The notes beneath the pieces were generated by a model that saw only the letters and a program-made list of their open reading frames with translations, made no database searches and was not told the DNA's origin. A stretch of DNA of 64,000 nucleotides from the human T2T-CHM13v2.0 reference genome, Homo sapiens. The first letter of the stretch is position 1. Every line of letters starts with the position of its first letter. A program made the position numbers and the translations under genes. The stretch lies in the NCBI RefSeq assembly GCF_009914755.1, contig NC_060938.1, one strand, 5' to 3'. Positions 1 to 13,989 of this stretch are shown here, one piece after another.

Positions 1-1049
1 AGCTCAGCCTCTATTTACAAAGACAAGACGATGCATACAGAATGGAAGATTATTTTGACAAACTTACTCTGAAACACAGCCTATTCCCACCCTTAGAAAG
101 TGACTGTACTAGCCTCAGGAGTCACTGCTACACTAAGCTCACTCTCTGGGCCAGCACCATGCCAGGCCTCCTACACTCATGATCTCAAATCCACTCAAAG
201 CCCTACAAGGTCAGGAGTCAGCTGCCCACTTGACTGAGGATCATAAAAGTGAAGCGCTTGTCTTGGGCCATTTGGTGGATCCAAGATCTGAGCTCAAATC
301 TGAACCAGGGTTGGGATACAGCTTGCCACTGTCTGGCACCTGCTGTCTACACTCACTCTCTCACCCCGCTCTATTCTGTGCCAGTCTTTTTCATAGAGCC
401 TAAAAGTCAGATGTGTGTTTGTCTTCACTCTGTACGTCCCACATCAGCATATCTCTCACAGTGACACTAGCCGCATTACAGATGAATTTCCAAATCTTAG
501 TAGCTTGGCAAAATTAAAATTTAGTCCTAATCTACAAAATGCCAGACAGGGATTTTTGACCAACTGGTATCTCTTCTCCATGCACTGTTTTGGGACCCTG
601 GATCCTTCCTTCTTATGTGTGGCTTGCCAACTCTAACCCCCGGTTCCAGGGCAAAGGGGGAGTTCATGCAGGACCATCGATGGGAGAGTTTATGGACCAC
701 ATTTCAGAACGTGGTCACACCTAACGCAAGGCGTCTGGGAGACGTAGGCTAGCTGTGTGCCAGAAGGAGAAGAAAACGGGTTTGGAGAGTGGGAAGCCTG
801 GCCTGCCACGCCAGCCTGGGCCCCAGCAGTAACTTTTTGAGCTGTGCTATATGGATGTTTATCTCCTCTCTGTCCCAGGGTGCTGAGTGGTGACCAAATT
901 CTTTCAAAAATTTGGGCCAAAAGAAAAGGAAGGGTATATGAGAGTGGATGGTAGAGTTGGGTGGGTTTCAAGCCTTCTAGCTCAACAAGTTACTGTCCCA
1001 GGTCCCTAGGACAGTTTCCCCGACACACCCACATGAATGCTCATGAGGC

Positions 1050-1145
1050 TGTGAGCTCCTAGGAGATGGGCCATGTCCTCTTCATTGCTGTACCCCAAGG
1101 TCTAGTTCAGGGACTGGATGCTCAGTAAATGTGTTAAATGAAGAA
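1050..1145 (+). mobile_element. L2 LINE 3' end relic
   Basis: gtgagctcct...gctcagtaaatgtgttaaatgaa, typical L2 terminus. Confidence 0.6.
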
Positions 1146-1620
1146 CTGAAGTCAGAATGTTATGTGACAAACCAATCAGGTGTGAACTTGACAATGCACT
1201 TCCCAATCACAGGGAGGCTTGAACCCTCTGGAGGCTGCATCCGTAGAGGATTTACAGTGCCTGTCACTCATGCTAGGAGGAGAAAGGTAGAAACAGATCT
1301 GGGACCAATTCATAGTATGGGTCAGACTCTGTTGCTTCCATTCACTGAATCCCAATTTGGAGTTCAAAAGTCATATTTCATTAAGATCAGCAAAAGTTCT
1401 CTTCCCAAGCCCTGTGAGGAAATTGGAAAATGCCGTTGGTTCTGAGAACTTCAGAAGGGGTGCTGTGAGGTTTTAAGGAAGGGTTCTGGAAGTCCATGGA
1501 TTTTGTTCTGCTAGAGTAGGAGACAGCAAACTATGGACTAACAAATAAGTCTAGCCTGCCACCTGTTTTTGTATAGTGTCCCAGCTTGCAATGGTTTCTA
1601 CATTTAAAAAACATTGTGTG

Positions 1621-2781
<1,161 letters not shown>

Positions 2782-3309
2782 GAATTTTTTACATTTTAAA
2801 TGTCTAAAAAAACAACAAAAGAAGAAGAATGTTTTGTGACTTGTGAAAATTATGTGCAATTCAAATTTTAATGTCCGTAAATAAAGTTTTATTGGGACAC
2901 AGCCACACTCATTTGTTTCTATTTTGTCTGTGGCTGCCTCCGTGTTGCAACGTAGAGTAGTTGCAACAGGGACCGTATATTCTGCAAAGTCCAATATCGC
3001 ACTACTTCATCTTTTATAGAAAAAGTTTGCTACCCCTATGCTAGATTCTAAGAGGTTTAGAAAAAGCCTGCAAGGACCAAAGGGCCTCTTGGAGACAGTT
3101 GGGGGCAGCAGAGAGCTGATCTGGTAAAGATTCCATATGGGTCCTGCCGCCCAGAATCCCAAGGTGTCTGGGCTCCAGATCTCACTGAGGGCACCAGGGC
3201 TGCTTGGCATGGAAGGGTTTGTGGAAACCAACCTTGTGAGGCTGAGCTGGGAGAGAGAAAAATCCTGCCAGTCCTCCCTGCCTACTTCTCTGGATTCCAG
3301 TCTCTTCTC

Positions 3310-3865
3310 CCTGTAGATGCCAGACTGGTCTTCCTAACACACGAATCTGACCCCGTCACTTCCCTACTTAATGCTCTCCACTAGCTGTCTCTGCTGTTCT
3401 TAGAGATCAAGTCCAAGCTCCTTCAGTCTGGTTCCCAAGGTCCTGTCTCTCTCTCTCTGCTTTTATCTCTTGGCTCCATCCATCTGGGATGGCTCAGAAC
3501 CTCCTGCTCCACCAGTATAAACACCATGCTCCCAGATATTCCATGCTGTTCTCTGGTCTATAGGCCTCGGATGACTTGCTCTCACTCTTACCTTTCTGCC
3601 CTCCATGTCTTACCCAGATAACTTCCCCTATCCTTCAAGGCTTAGCCCAGGTTCCACTTCTTCCAGGAAGCCTTCCTTCACCTCCTACTTTACCCAGAAC
3701 ACAGCGAGGTACCCCTCTTCTGGCTCCTTTAATTCTCAGTGTTTATCCTCTCCTAGTACTGCAAACATCGCCATGGTTCCTGAGGGCAGGACCAGGATCT
3801 AGTTATCTAGTTATCTACTTACGAGTGAATGAATGAATGGATGAATGAATGAATGAATGAATGAA
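3310..3865 (+). mobile_element. L2 relic ending in (GAAT)n
   Basis: L2 3' motifs; (GAAT)n tail ~3827-3865. Confidence 0.65.
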
Positions 3866-3907
3866 GAAACAAATTAAACATAAAATCCCATCAAGAAACA
3901 AGTGAGA

Positions 3908-4219
3908 GGCTGGGCATGGTGGCTAATGCCTGTAATCCCAACACTTTGAGAGGCCACGGTGGAAGGATGGCTAGAGGCCAGGAGTTTGAGACCAATCTGC
4001 ATAACATAGGAAGACCTCATCTTTACAAAACATTTTTTAAAAAAGCACACATACACACACACAAACAATTAGCCAGGTATGGTGTTGTGTGCCCACAGTC
4101 TCAGCTACTCAGGAGGCTGAGATGGTAAGATGGCTTGAGCCTGGAAGGTTAAGGCTACAGTAAGCCATGATCGTGTCACTGAACTCTATCTACCCTGGGT
4201 GACAGAGCAAGACCTTGTC
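3908..4219 (+). mobile_element. AluJ with (CA)n in linker
   Basis: Diverged dimeric Alu with J-type positions (gaggccaggagtttgag, cttgagcct). Confidence 0.9.
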
Positions 4220-4251
<32 letters not shown>

Positions 4252-4257
4252 AAGAAG

Positions 4258-4298
<41 letters not shown>

Positions 4299-4342
4299 GA
4301 AAGAAAAAGAAAGAAAGAAAGAAAAAGAAAGAAAGAAAGAAA

Positions 4343-4401
<59 letters not shown>

Positions 4402-4422
4402 GAAAGGAGAAAGAGAAAGGAG
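4220..4422 (+). repeat. Compound (GAAA)n/(GA)n pure-purine microsatellite from Alu tail
   Basis: About 200 nt containing only A and G. Confidence 0.97.
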
Positions 4423-4869
4423 TGATATCATTTCAGGTCAAAAGATGCTTTAGTAGTGTCTAGGGGACATTTTCCAGGTGAGGTTGAGACCGAGGAAAGA
4501 ATGGTTGCTGTACGATTTTATCTGCATTGATGTCTGGCCCCTCCAGATTTGTAGAGTTGAATGGTTAAGAAGTGTTGCTTCTCCTGCTAGAAAACTTTAT
4601 GCTACAAGGTTGACAGCTCAAGACCCTCCTTGCCCCTTTTTGCACATTTGGCACGTGAGATGGGCTGGTTTTCATGGGGAATTCAGTGGCCACACTCCAC
4701 ACAGCACTTTGGAGCTGAACAAGGTGGTGATGTTCTGTGGCAGTCCGTGAATACCCATTCCCCTGCTTGGGAAACAGAATGAGCTGGTGGGTCCTTCTCT
4801 CCACCTTGTCTTCCTCTCTAGGCTTCAGTCCACCTGCCTGGAGTGGACCAGAACCTGAATGGGCATTGG

Positions 4870-5025
4870 ACGACCTGAGTCTGGGGCTGAATCCTGCCGG
4901 GCAGTAGCTGTGTGACTTTGGAGCATCACTGGCCCTCTCTGAGCTTCCACTGCTTCCTCTGTGAAGTGAGAGTGAAGACTTCACCTCTTTCACCTCCTGG
5001 GGTTGCTGGAAGACCATGTGAAGAT
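4870..5025 (+). mobile_element. MIR
   Basis: gctgtgtgactttggagcatcact...ctctctgagcttcc MIR core. Confidence 0.7.
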
Positions 5026-5491
5026 TGACCTATGAGTTCTTTCTGCCGTGTCAATGGTTCTTTCTACAGTCATGCAGGTGGCCATTGGGCAGGTCACCTG
5101 GGACACAGCCACCACATAAGTAAAGTTGCTTTATCTGCCATCCAGTGCCCATTTAAGGAGGAGCACTTTTTAAATCCCAGCCGGTCTCTCAGTTGTGAGT
5201 CTTCCCGAGTGCCACCCACACAACGCAGGTCAGAGCTGGCAAACTCATTTGAGAATTCGCAGGAGGAGTTACTCACTGTACAAAGACTTCTCTTGTCAGA
5301 TGCAATTTGTAAATATTATTTACACGAGGAAGTTAATTAAGCCTTCCCCTGTTGATTCAGCCCTCTCCTTCCCCCTTGGCAGTGTGTGACTCTTTATAAA
5401 CGGCATGTGACTTTTAGGACCAATTACTTTCAGGATTTTCCTTGCCTCTATTAATGGGATATGATCTGGGTTTGGTAGAAATCTTATAGTT

Positions 5492-5808
5492 CCTTTATTT
5501 TTTTGAGATAGAGTCTCACTCTGTCACCTAGGCTAGAGTGCAGTGGTGCGATCTAGGCTCACTGCAACCTCTGCCTCTCCAGTTCAAGCAATTCTCATGG
5601 CTCCGCCTCCCGAGTAGTGGGAATACAGGTATGCACCACGATGCCCGGCTAATTTTTGTATTTTTAGTACAGACGGGGTTTTGCCATGTTGGCCAGGCTG
5701 GTCTTGAACTCCTGACCTCAAGTGGTCTGCCTCCCGACCTCAAGTGGTCTGCCTCCCTTGGCCTCCCAAAGTCCTGGGATTACAGGCGTGTGCCACCATG
5801 GCTGGCCT
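5492..5808 (-). mobile_element. AluS (Sz/Sx-like) with internal 22-bp tandem duplication
   Basis: TSD gaaatcttatagtt at 5478-5491 and 5809-5822. Confidence 0.95.
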
Positions 5809-5917
5809 GAAATCTTATAGTTTCAAGTTCTTGCTGTTGAGCTATTTTACCTTAAAAATAAATAAAGTGTGGTTATTTCTTGCTTCATTCATTTATTCAA
5901 CAAATGGATGAAATGTA

Positions 5918-6260
5918 CTCATTTCCTTCAAGTTTGTGCTTAAATCTCGCCTTCTCCATGAGATTTTCCTGGCCACCTGTTTACTGCTGCAGCCTGGTTT
6001 TCCCCCAACACTTCTAATCTCCCCTCTCCTCTTCCTCCTTTTTTCATAGCCCTTAACATCTTCTAACACACATAAAAAATGTGATTTGTTATGATTATTG
6101 TTTATTTTCTGCCTTCCCAGCTTGAAGTTAAATCCTGTGAGGATGGGGGTCTCTGACTACTTCATTCACATGTGTATCCAGATGCCTGGGACAGTGCCTG
6201 GCAAACAGGTATTCAATTAATATTTTTGAAAGAATTAATGAATGAATTCATGAATGAATG
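5918..6260 (+). mobile_element. L2a 3' end
   Basis: gatgcctgggacagtgcctggc...gaatgaat tail. Confidence 0.8.
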
Positions 6261-6350
6261 AGAAGCTACAAGCTTGTTGCAAAAGACCTGAGCATTCAAG
6301 CTAAGACAGAGAATGCAGTGATACTGGCCAATGGAAGGAAGAAGAAAGAA

Positions 6351-6822
<472 letters not shown>

Positions 6823-7796
6823 CTGCACTGCAGCAGGAATGGGAGAGAGAACAAATATGCTGGGGCTGAAAAGAAGACTTCCTGTAGGAGATGATATTTG
6901 CACCACTTCGAAGACAGGGTAGGTGTAGGATTTGTTATTTGTGATGAAGAGAAGGGTGACCTGCCAGCCCAGAGAGGTGGTCCATCAGGGAAAGAACCGT
7001 GGCCAGGGCCCAGGCCACTTGGGAAGCACCCTGGTAGTCAAGAAGGCTGGAAGGGCAAGAATGGGGTCAGCACCAGTTGGGACTGAGGTTCAAAGCTAAC
7101 GCTTCATTTCCAGTTTGCCAAACTAACACATATGCGACTGAAAGATGTGCCGTGCTCTGAAAAGTCCTTAAAATAGACAGATGTTAGCATTTCTCTCTTT
7201 CACATTTCCTCAAATGAGGCAAATCCAAGATGTACCGAAACAAAATAGTACTACCTTTGACGCTTATGGGCCAAAGACATTATAAATAGCCCATTCAGCT
7301 AAAAGTCCAGCTGTTGCCAAAACATTTTTTTTAAGACCCTTGGTTCTAAGGAGCACCTACTACAAGCTAGACATTTTGCATCTATTACATGTATTTAAGT
7401 ACCCTGAGGCCGGCGGCACAATGACCACTTAGGAAATGAGAAAATGAGGGAAGAAATGAGAAAATGAGGGCTCCAAGAGATTATGTTTTATGTCCAAAGT
7501 CACAGGGCTAGTGAGGATACAGATAAAATTCCCAAGAATATAGTCACTTGCCCTGATGCCTCTTTTGCCCTTGAAAAAGTGCATATCCCAGCTGTGGAAA
7601 CACTGCTTCAGTGACCACCAACAGGGTGTCTCCCGTGAAGAACAATTCATTTCACATCACTGTGCCTCACCATTTTAAGGAAATGTCGACATGGTCCTCA
7701 GAGGCTCAACTTGATCTGTTTAGCTAGAAAGCTCCTGTGGAGTTAGCAGATGCAGGAAGCTGGGGATCTGTGCACCTTCTCATTTGATGGTGACAG

Positions 7797-8523
7797 TGTA
7801 ATCACCACACAGTTTCTTCCTGCCCACTGCACAGACAAAACCAATTCACTGAGACCATGGCATTGCAGTGAAGAAAGAGTTTAGTTGACATGAGGCCAGC
7901 CCATATGGGAGAATGGAAGTCGTTACTAAAATCAGTCTCCCCGAAGTCTCAGAGGTTACCCTTTTCAAGGATAGTATGGTGGGCCAGGGAATACAGAATG
8001 GGTGCTGCTTACTGGTTGGTAACGCATCATATGGATGTGGAAAATGGTCCTTGTGCACTGAGTCCGCCTCTGGGTGGGGTCATAAGACCAGGTGAGTCAT
8101 GATCACAAGTCCAGCTGGAGTCATCTGGTCTTCAGACATGCAAAAGTCTGAAAAGACATCTCAGAAAGCCAATCTTAGGTTCTGCAATAGTGATGTTATC
8201 TACAGGAGTAATCGGGGAAGTTACAAATCTTGTGACCACTGGAACCATGACTGGTTATTTAACTACACCTACATCTTAGCAGCATTCAGGCCACTCTCAT
8301 TATCCTAACCTTGTAGCCTTACATTAGTTTTACAAAGCAGTTTAGTTTGGGGAAGGGCTATTATCCATCTTTGCTTACATCCTTCAACTATAAACTAAAT
8401 TCCTCCCAAAGTTAGTTTGGCCTTTGCCCAGGAATGCCCAAGGACAGCTTGGAGGTCAGAAGCAAGATGGAGTCAACGATGTGAGATTTCTCTTCCTGTC
8501 ATAATTTTGCAAAGGCAGTTTCA
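7797..8523 (-). mobile_element. LTR8-family (LTR8A/B) ERV1 solo LTR
   Basis: Minus strand begins tgaaactgcctttgcaaaattatgacag...gactccatcttgcttc; TG...CA ends; 4-bp TSD acag (7793-7796/8524-8527). Confidence 0.85.
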
Positions 8524-9159
8524 ACAGTCTGGGAAAGCTAAGGACAGGGAGGCACCTCTTACAAAACCAGAAATGTGTACCCACATCACGCTCCAGAGTC
8601 AGAGCCTTCCCATTATTTATCCATCCAGCCCAGAGCAAGGTTATACAGATGAAGAAGGTACACAGTCCCTACCCTCAAAGAATTCCCAGCACAGAAGGAA
8701 AAACAGACATGTAAGAGCGTACTTTTAGTACAGCTCCATCCAAGCATCTGAAGACATTCCAAGGTGAGAAAGAAAAACTTTAGAAAATTAGAAGCTTTGA
8801 AAGTGCTCTCCAATATCTCTGGTTCTGACCCATTTTTCCAAATGGCTCAACAAGGTAGCAGGATGGTTTGAATTCCTTTCCCAATCCCGATTTGGCAAAC
8901 AGTATTATGTTCCTGAATCATCTTATTTCCACCCACTGTATGGAAGCTCCCCATTACAGACATAGGATCTCCCTAAGTTGTATACAAATGGTGTGAGGAT
9001 GATCGAGTCCAAAGAGTCTCCCAAGCACAGACCTTTCCATAGTGATGTTGTAGGTTGTTAGTACTTGAGCGGCTTACTAAATAACACCTCTCTTTCCCAG
9101 CTTCAGTTCAGCAGATGGAGAACAAATATTACCTCTAGGCATTAGGTTGGATGATGCTT

Positions 9160-9490
9160 TGGTTTGGTTTTCTTGCTGCATAACACATAACCCCCAAATC
9201 TTAGTGTCTTATGACACATGCAAAAATATTTTTCTTACTCATTGGTCTGTATTCACTAGGGCAGCTCAGCTTCAGGCTGCAGGTAGGGTTCCCCTCTGCC
9301 CTGTATGTCTCTGATTCTGGGACCAGGGGATACATGTGTATGCTATTCCCATTGACTGTGGCAGAAGTGCTTGAAGGGTAAGCAGAAATGTGTGATGCCT
9401 CTTGAAGTCTCAGCCTGGAACTGATATTTTTTCATATTTCATAGGCTGAGGCAAATCACTTAGCTAAGCTGATCATCTTAGGGGCAGCGT
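9160..9490 (-). mobile_element. Old MaLR LTR (MLT1H/I-like)
   Basis: ttgctgcataaca...cccaaatcttagtg MLT1 terminus and internal motifs. Confidence 0.6.
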
Positions 9491-10179
9491 CACACACAAC
9501 GAACCAGTAAGGAAATCACACACTCCAAGTGTGGAACTTGGAAACAGAGGAGCCATTGAGCCCTTCATCAGAAAGTCCCACCCACTTCTCATGGGCACAG
9601 CTAGACCACTGCTGGCTTCCCCACATGAGGGCCTGCCCCTGTAAACTTAACACCTAAGGAAGGGCAGCCCCAAATGCATACTTCCTATAGGAATCTGGGT
9701 CTCTAAGAAGAAAGAAAGGAGGTGCTGAACTGGGAATGCCCACTTTCCCTTCCCCTCATCAGAATTCAGAGTGAACAAAGGGTTGGTAGGAGGCCCAGAG
9801 CATGACCCTAGTTGATGGTCCTAGAAATGGAAACATGGACAGCAGAGAGAAGATTCTCTCCAGACACCATGAGGGGCACTTGGTCTTCCACAGCCCACTG
9901 GGCTAGGCATATGCTCTCTTTGTATGGATGGTACCCCAGAGGCTGCTGTTTGTTCTGAAGGCAACAAAGGTTGTGTTTATTTATTCGCTCAACGTCCATC
10001 TATTGAATCTCTATTAGGTGCCAGAACTGTCAGAACCCTTTAAGATCCTCAAGCCGTAGGCTCTCCTGCCTTAGGATCTCCCAGCACTCACCATATCAAA
10101 CACATTGAAAGACACCACCATCACACATTAGACATTCTCTTTTGGAAATTTTGAAAGCCTTTAAGATAGTTTTACCTTA

Positions 10180-10955
10180 ATTATTTTATTTTATTTTTCA
10201 ATTGACAAATGGAGGCTAAAGTAACTCCATCTTAGATGCTAGTCCGCCATGTTGACTTCCGATTAACCCCAGGTCTGGGAATCCCTCTGATTCCCACTTT
10301 ATCTCCTGTTCCTGTGTAGGAGCATATGCTTACCATAAATCCTGCCTTTAGGTCAAGACGGCCTTGATATTATCACATAAATTCAAGGCTATGATACACA
10401 CAGCATTTTTGTCCTTTCCTAGAAGGTCAACTTTAATTGTCCTGCACATTCCTTATAGATCACATGTATCTTTTCCCTGTGGTATATAAGCCCTGGGTTT
10501 CTGGGGATAACAGCTTAGAGATCTGTCTGTCTTACGGCCATCCAAGACCACACTTCTATCTGTAAGTTCCCCAGTAAATCACCCTCTAAAGGCAAACTGG
10601 ATTTGTCTGCCTTGTTCTTTGGTTTCTCAGCTCCTTTCGCATTTTGGGATCACTTTGTATACGTGGCCCTTTCACAAAACAACAAATAAAAATGACATAT
10701 ATTTATGGTGTACAACGTGATGCTTTGAAATACGAATGCACTGTGGAATGGCTAAATCAAGCTAATTAACATATGCATTACCTCACATACTTATCATTTT
10801 TTTGTGGTGAGAACATTTAAAATCTACTCTTTTAGCAATTTTCAAGTACACAATACATTGTTATTAACTATAATCACCATACTGCACAATAGGTCTCTTG
10901 AACTTATTTTCCTGTCTAATTTGTGTCCTTTGACCAACATCTCCCCATTGCCCCC
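10180..10955 (-). mobile_element. L1MA8-like 3' end, split by LTR47
   Basis: aattgacaaa|taaaaat...ggctaaatcaagctaattaacatatgcattacctcacatac. Confidence 0.8.
10210..10681 (+). mobile_element. LTR47A-like solo LTR
   Basis: Starts tggaggctaaagtaactccatctt; TATA tatataag 10483-10490; 5-bp TSD acaaa (10205-10209/10682-10686). Confidence 0.75.
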
Positions 10956-11299
10956 TCATTTTACTTTTAAAATGATTTGCATTTAAGTAATTCATCGTGA
11001 TTATCTATGACTTCTCATCAATCATTATGCATATGAGGGATTCTTGCAGAGAGAAAACCTACCCTACAATTTGTTTTCAATTGTAATGACATTCTTACAA
11101 ACACTAAAGTGAATAATTAATGAAAATGATTTGATGTTTATGTTAATGGACAAACATTAATTTTAAATTTGCTCTCTTTTTTCTATAGTTGAAGCTATTA
11201 TTTTTTTCACGTCCCAAATATTTTTGTTTGACACTTGCAAATTTAGCTAACCTTAGGTAAATTTAGGCACTAATTTATCCCTAAAGGGTAAAACAGGGC

Positions 11300-11760
11300 T
11301 GAGTACTGTGCAGGAAGCAGCGGAAACAAGGACAGGAAAAGGCAGCAGTCTTGTCTTCTGGAAACTTCCAGTTTAGAAGGCCAAATAGAGATGTAAAAAT
11401 ATAAATGACAACACAGTGTAAGAAATAGGTTCATAGGAATGTGTCCAGGGTCTAGTGAGCACAGGAAAAGGAAGGGACAGCCTTGGTGAAGGCTTTGTGG
11501 AGGCCAAGGTGCTTGACTATGACCTGGAGGGTGAGTGGGTGGTCTCAGGATGGTGAGGGGGTGAGCAGGGGTTGTGGCAGGACAGAGGGGAGATGGGGAA
11601 GTGATTCCAGTTCTGGGAAAAGATGTAAGGATAAGTGAAGAGCATGAAGGAACATGGTTGGGTAACTTGGAGTAATTCACTGTAGCTGAAGCCTAGAATG
11701 TGAGCAGGAATGTGGTGAGCCTGTGGCAGAGGTGGAAGCCTGAGGCGTCGTCCTTGTAGC
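11300..11760 (-). mobile_element. L2 relic
   Basis: Purine-rich antisense L2 3' region. Confidence 0.55.
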
Positions 11761-12160
11761 TGGGTACCCAGGCAGGCCTCAGTGGTGTCCTACTTTGGTT
11801 TAATGTGGGAAAGTATAACTTCGGAGGTCTGGGAAGTTTTCTTCTATTCAAGTGTGAATTATTGCTCCTGTATGATTTGTGCTGGTTTCTTTCTAAAACT
11901 TTGTACTAATAGGTTAATATTTTGCCCCTTCATTTCTTTTATATTTTGTTACAACAGTCCATTTACAGACACAAAAGGCCTAACAGGGGACTTGTTTTTA
12001 ATCCTTTCTCTCATCTCCAGGGAAACCCACTTGGGGCCTGTCTGCTTGATCAGACAGCCTAATCATTGAGATCTTTTCTCTGTCTCCTCTGTGGCTATTA
12101 ATTTAACATTTTTATTCCTTTTTTTTCCTCCTTTTTAACTGGAACTGTGACCTAGAAATC

Positions 12161-12616
12161 TTCATTAGTTTTCTAGGGCTGCTGTAACAAATTACTACAG
12201 ACTGGGTGGCTTCAAACAACAGAAATTTAGTTCAGGTGGTCAGAAGTCTGAACTTAAGGTGCTGGCAGGGCCATGGCCTCTTTGAAGCCTCTGGGGAGCA
12301 TCATTTTTGCCTCTTCTAGCTCCTGGTGGCTCTTGAAAGTCCTTGGTGTTCCTTGACTTGTAGTTGCATCACTCCAATCTCTGCCTCCATTGCCATGTGG
12401 CTTTCTCCTCTCTGTGTGTCTCTCTGTCTGTATCCTCTCCTCTTCCTAAAAGGACACAAGTCTTTAGGCTTGGGACTCAGCTCATTCAGTATGGCCTCAT
12501 CTTAATTTAACAAATTGAATCTGCAAAGATCCTATTTTCAAATATGATCACATCCCAAGGTTCTAGTAGACATAAATTTTGGTAGGGGGGCGGGGGACAC
12601 TATTCATCTCACCACA
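12161..12616 (-). mobile_element. MLT1C-type MaLR solo LTR
   Basis: attagttttctagggctgctgtaacaaattac...ggggacactattca...accaca. Confidence 0.85.
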
Positions 12617-13204
12617 CCCTCCATAATTTGATTTGCTGCTTGTTCAGCCCTGTCTTTAGTGCCTCAGAGGTGGATTTCATCTTTGCAACTGCATTTCAGC
12701 TTTCCTGCAGGCTTTTATTGTCTCAGCCTACCCTTTTCATCTCAGCCTGCTGTCCTGGAGTCTGAGATTGTCACCTGAAGCTCCTTGGTCCTATTCCACA
12801 GAGGCCACATCTTCTGAGATACCCTATAGGTGGTTCCTAACAGTTTCCTTCTGCTTAATGGGGAAAGTAATTTTCAGAGCAAGTCGTTTCTCCTGAGGCT
12901 TTCTTGTAGTGTTCCATTTCTCTGTGGCTGTAGCACTTTTCAGAAGTCCTAGGATGTTTTCCCCCCTCTATTGATTCATTCTTAAAAGAGACAGATTCCA
13001 CCTATCCAGACTGTGTGGACTGCCTTTGGCCGATGATGAAGGAGAGCTGATGCTGAAGGAAGGGGAGTTGTAGCTAACTCCTCGCTCAACTTCCAGCATC
13101 CAGCCAGCACCCATTGATTTAGCTCTGCTGAGCTAGGTAAGACTTTCTGTCCTCTCAGGTCTACAGGGAGGATCATTTGCATTGGAAGATGGCTTTCATT
13201 TAGA

Positions 13205-13362
13205 CCAGCCTAATCAGAATGGCCCCAGGGAGCATTTCACAAATACAGATTCCCGGGTGTTATCCTAGCGAGCCTGAGTTATTAAGTGTGGGGAGGGGTC
13301 CAACAGTCTGTTTGTAATAACTCCACGAGGAATTCTAATACATGGCCAGATTTGCGAACGTT
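13205..13362. mobile_element. MER5-family hAT MITE
   Basis: atcagaat...aaatacagattcccggg...gaattctaatac. Confidence 0.55.
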
Positions 13363-13409
13363 AATGGTTTGTTTCAGATTTGCTTCCCCAGTAGGGCTGT
13401 GAGCTCCAG

Positions 13410-13605
13410 AATGATAGCAAATATTTACATAGCACTTTCCTCTGTGCCAGGCACTGTCTAAGCACTTCACGTACATTGACTTCTCACACCAAGCCTATGA
13501 GGGTACTATACGTATCTTCATTATCCCCATTTTACTGATGGGACAATTAAGGCACAGAGTAATCACAGCTGGTAAGTAGAGCTGGGATCTGAACGTGTAG
13601 TCTTT
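13410..13605 (-). mobile_element. MIR
   Basis: gtgccaggcactgtctaagcacttcac...ccccattttactgatg. Confidence 0.8.
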
Positions 13606-13823
13606 CGTCTTAAATAATACACAGGCTCTCTTTACGTGACAGCAGAAGCTGTGTTTGACGTGCTTATGAAAGTCTCCAAGTGGCGCAACAGGGACTCAAT
13701 ACGTTATTGTTATGTAAATGATGCCCACCTCCCTCTCCCAGAAGAGGCCTGGTTGATCCTTGTCAGTCGTGTAGGGATAAGGGTGTGGTCAGAACATCTT
13801 TACTTTAAAATGCCGCTGACTGT

Positions 13824-13903
13824 GGCCCAGTGCGGTGGTGCGCTCGCCACTGCACTCCAGCCTGGGTAACAGAATGAGGCCCTGTCTCTCCAAAAACAAA
13901 AGG
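13824..13903 (+). mobile_element. Collapsed mini-Alu (5' head fused to 3' end)
   Basis: ggcccagtgcggtggtgcgc joined directly to gccactgcactccagcctggg...A tail; TSD 13808-13822/13904-13918. Confidence 0.8.
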
Positions 13904-13989
13904 AAATGCTGCTGAATGGAGTCAAGGGTGGGAGGATTTCAAAGGGAAGGCTTGACTGGGGCAGGTGGAGATGTGCCAATGTGTCACAT

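Noticed and set aside
4186-4463. K/E/R-rich and F/L/S-rich ORFs
   Set aside because: Translations of the GAAA microsatellite
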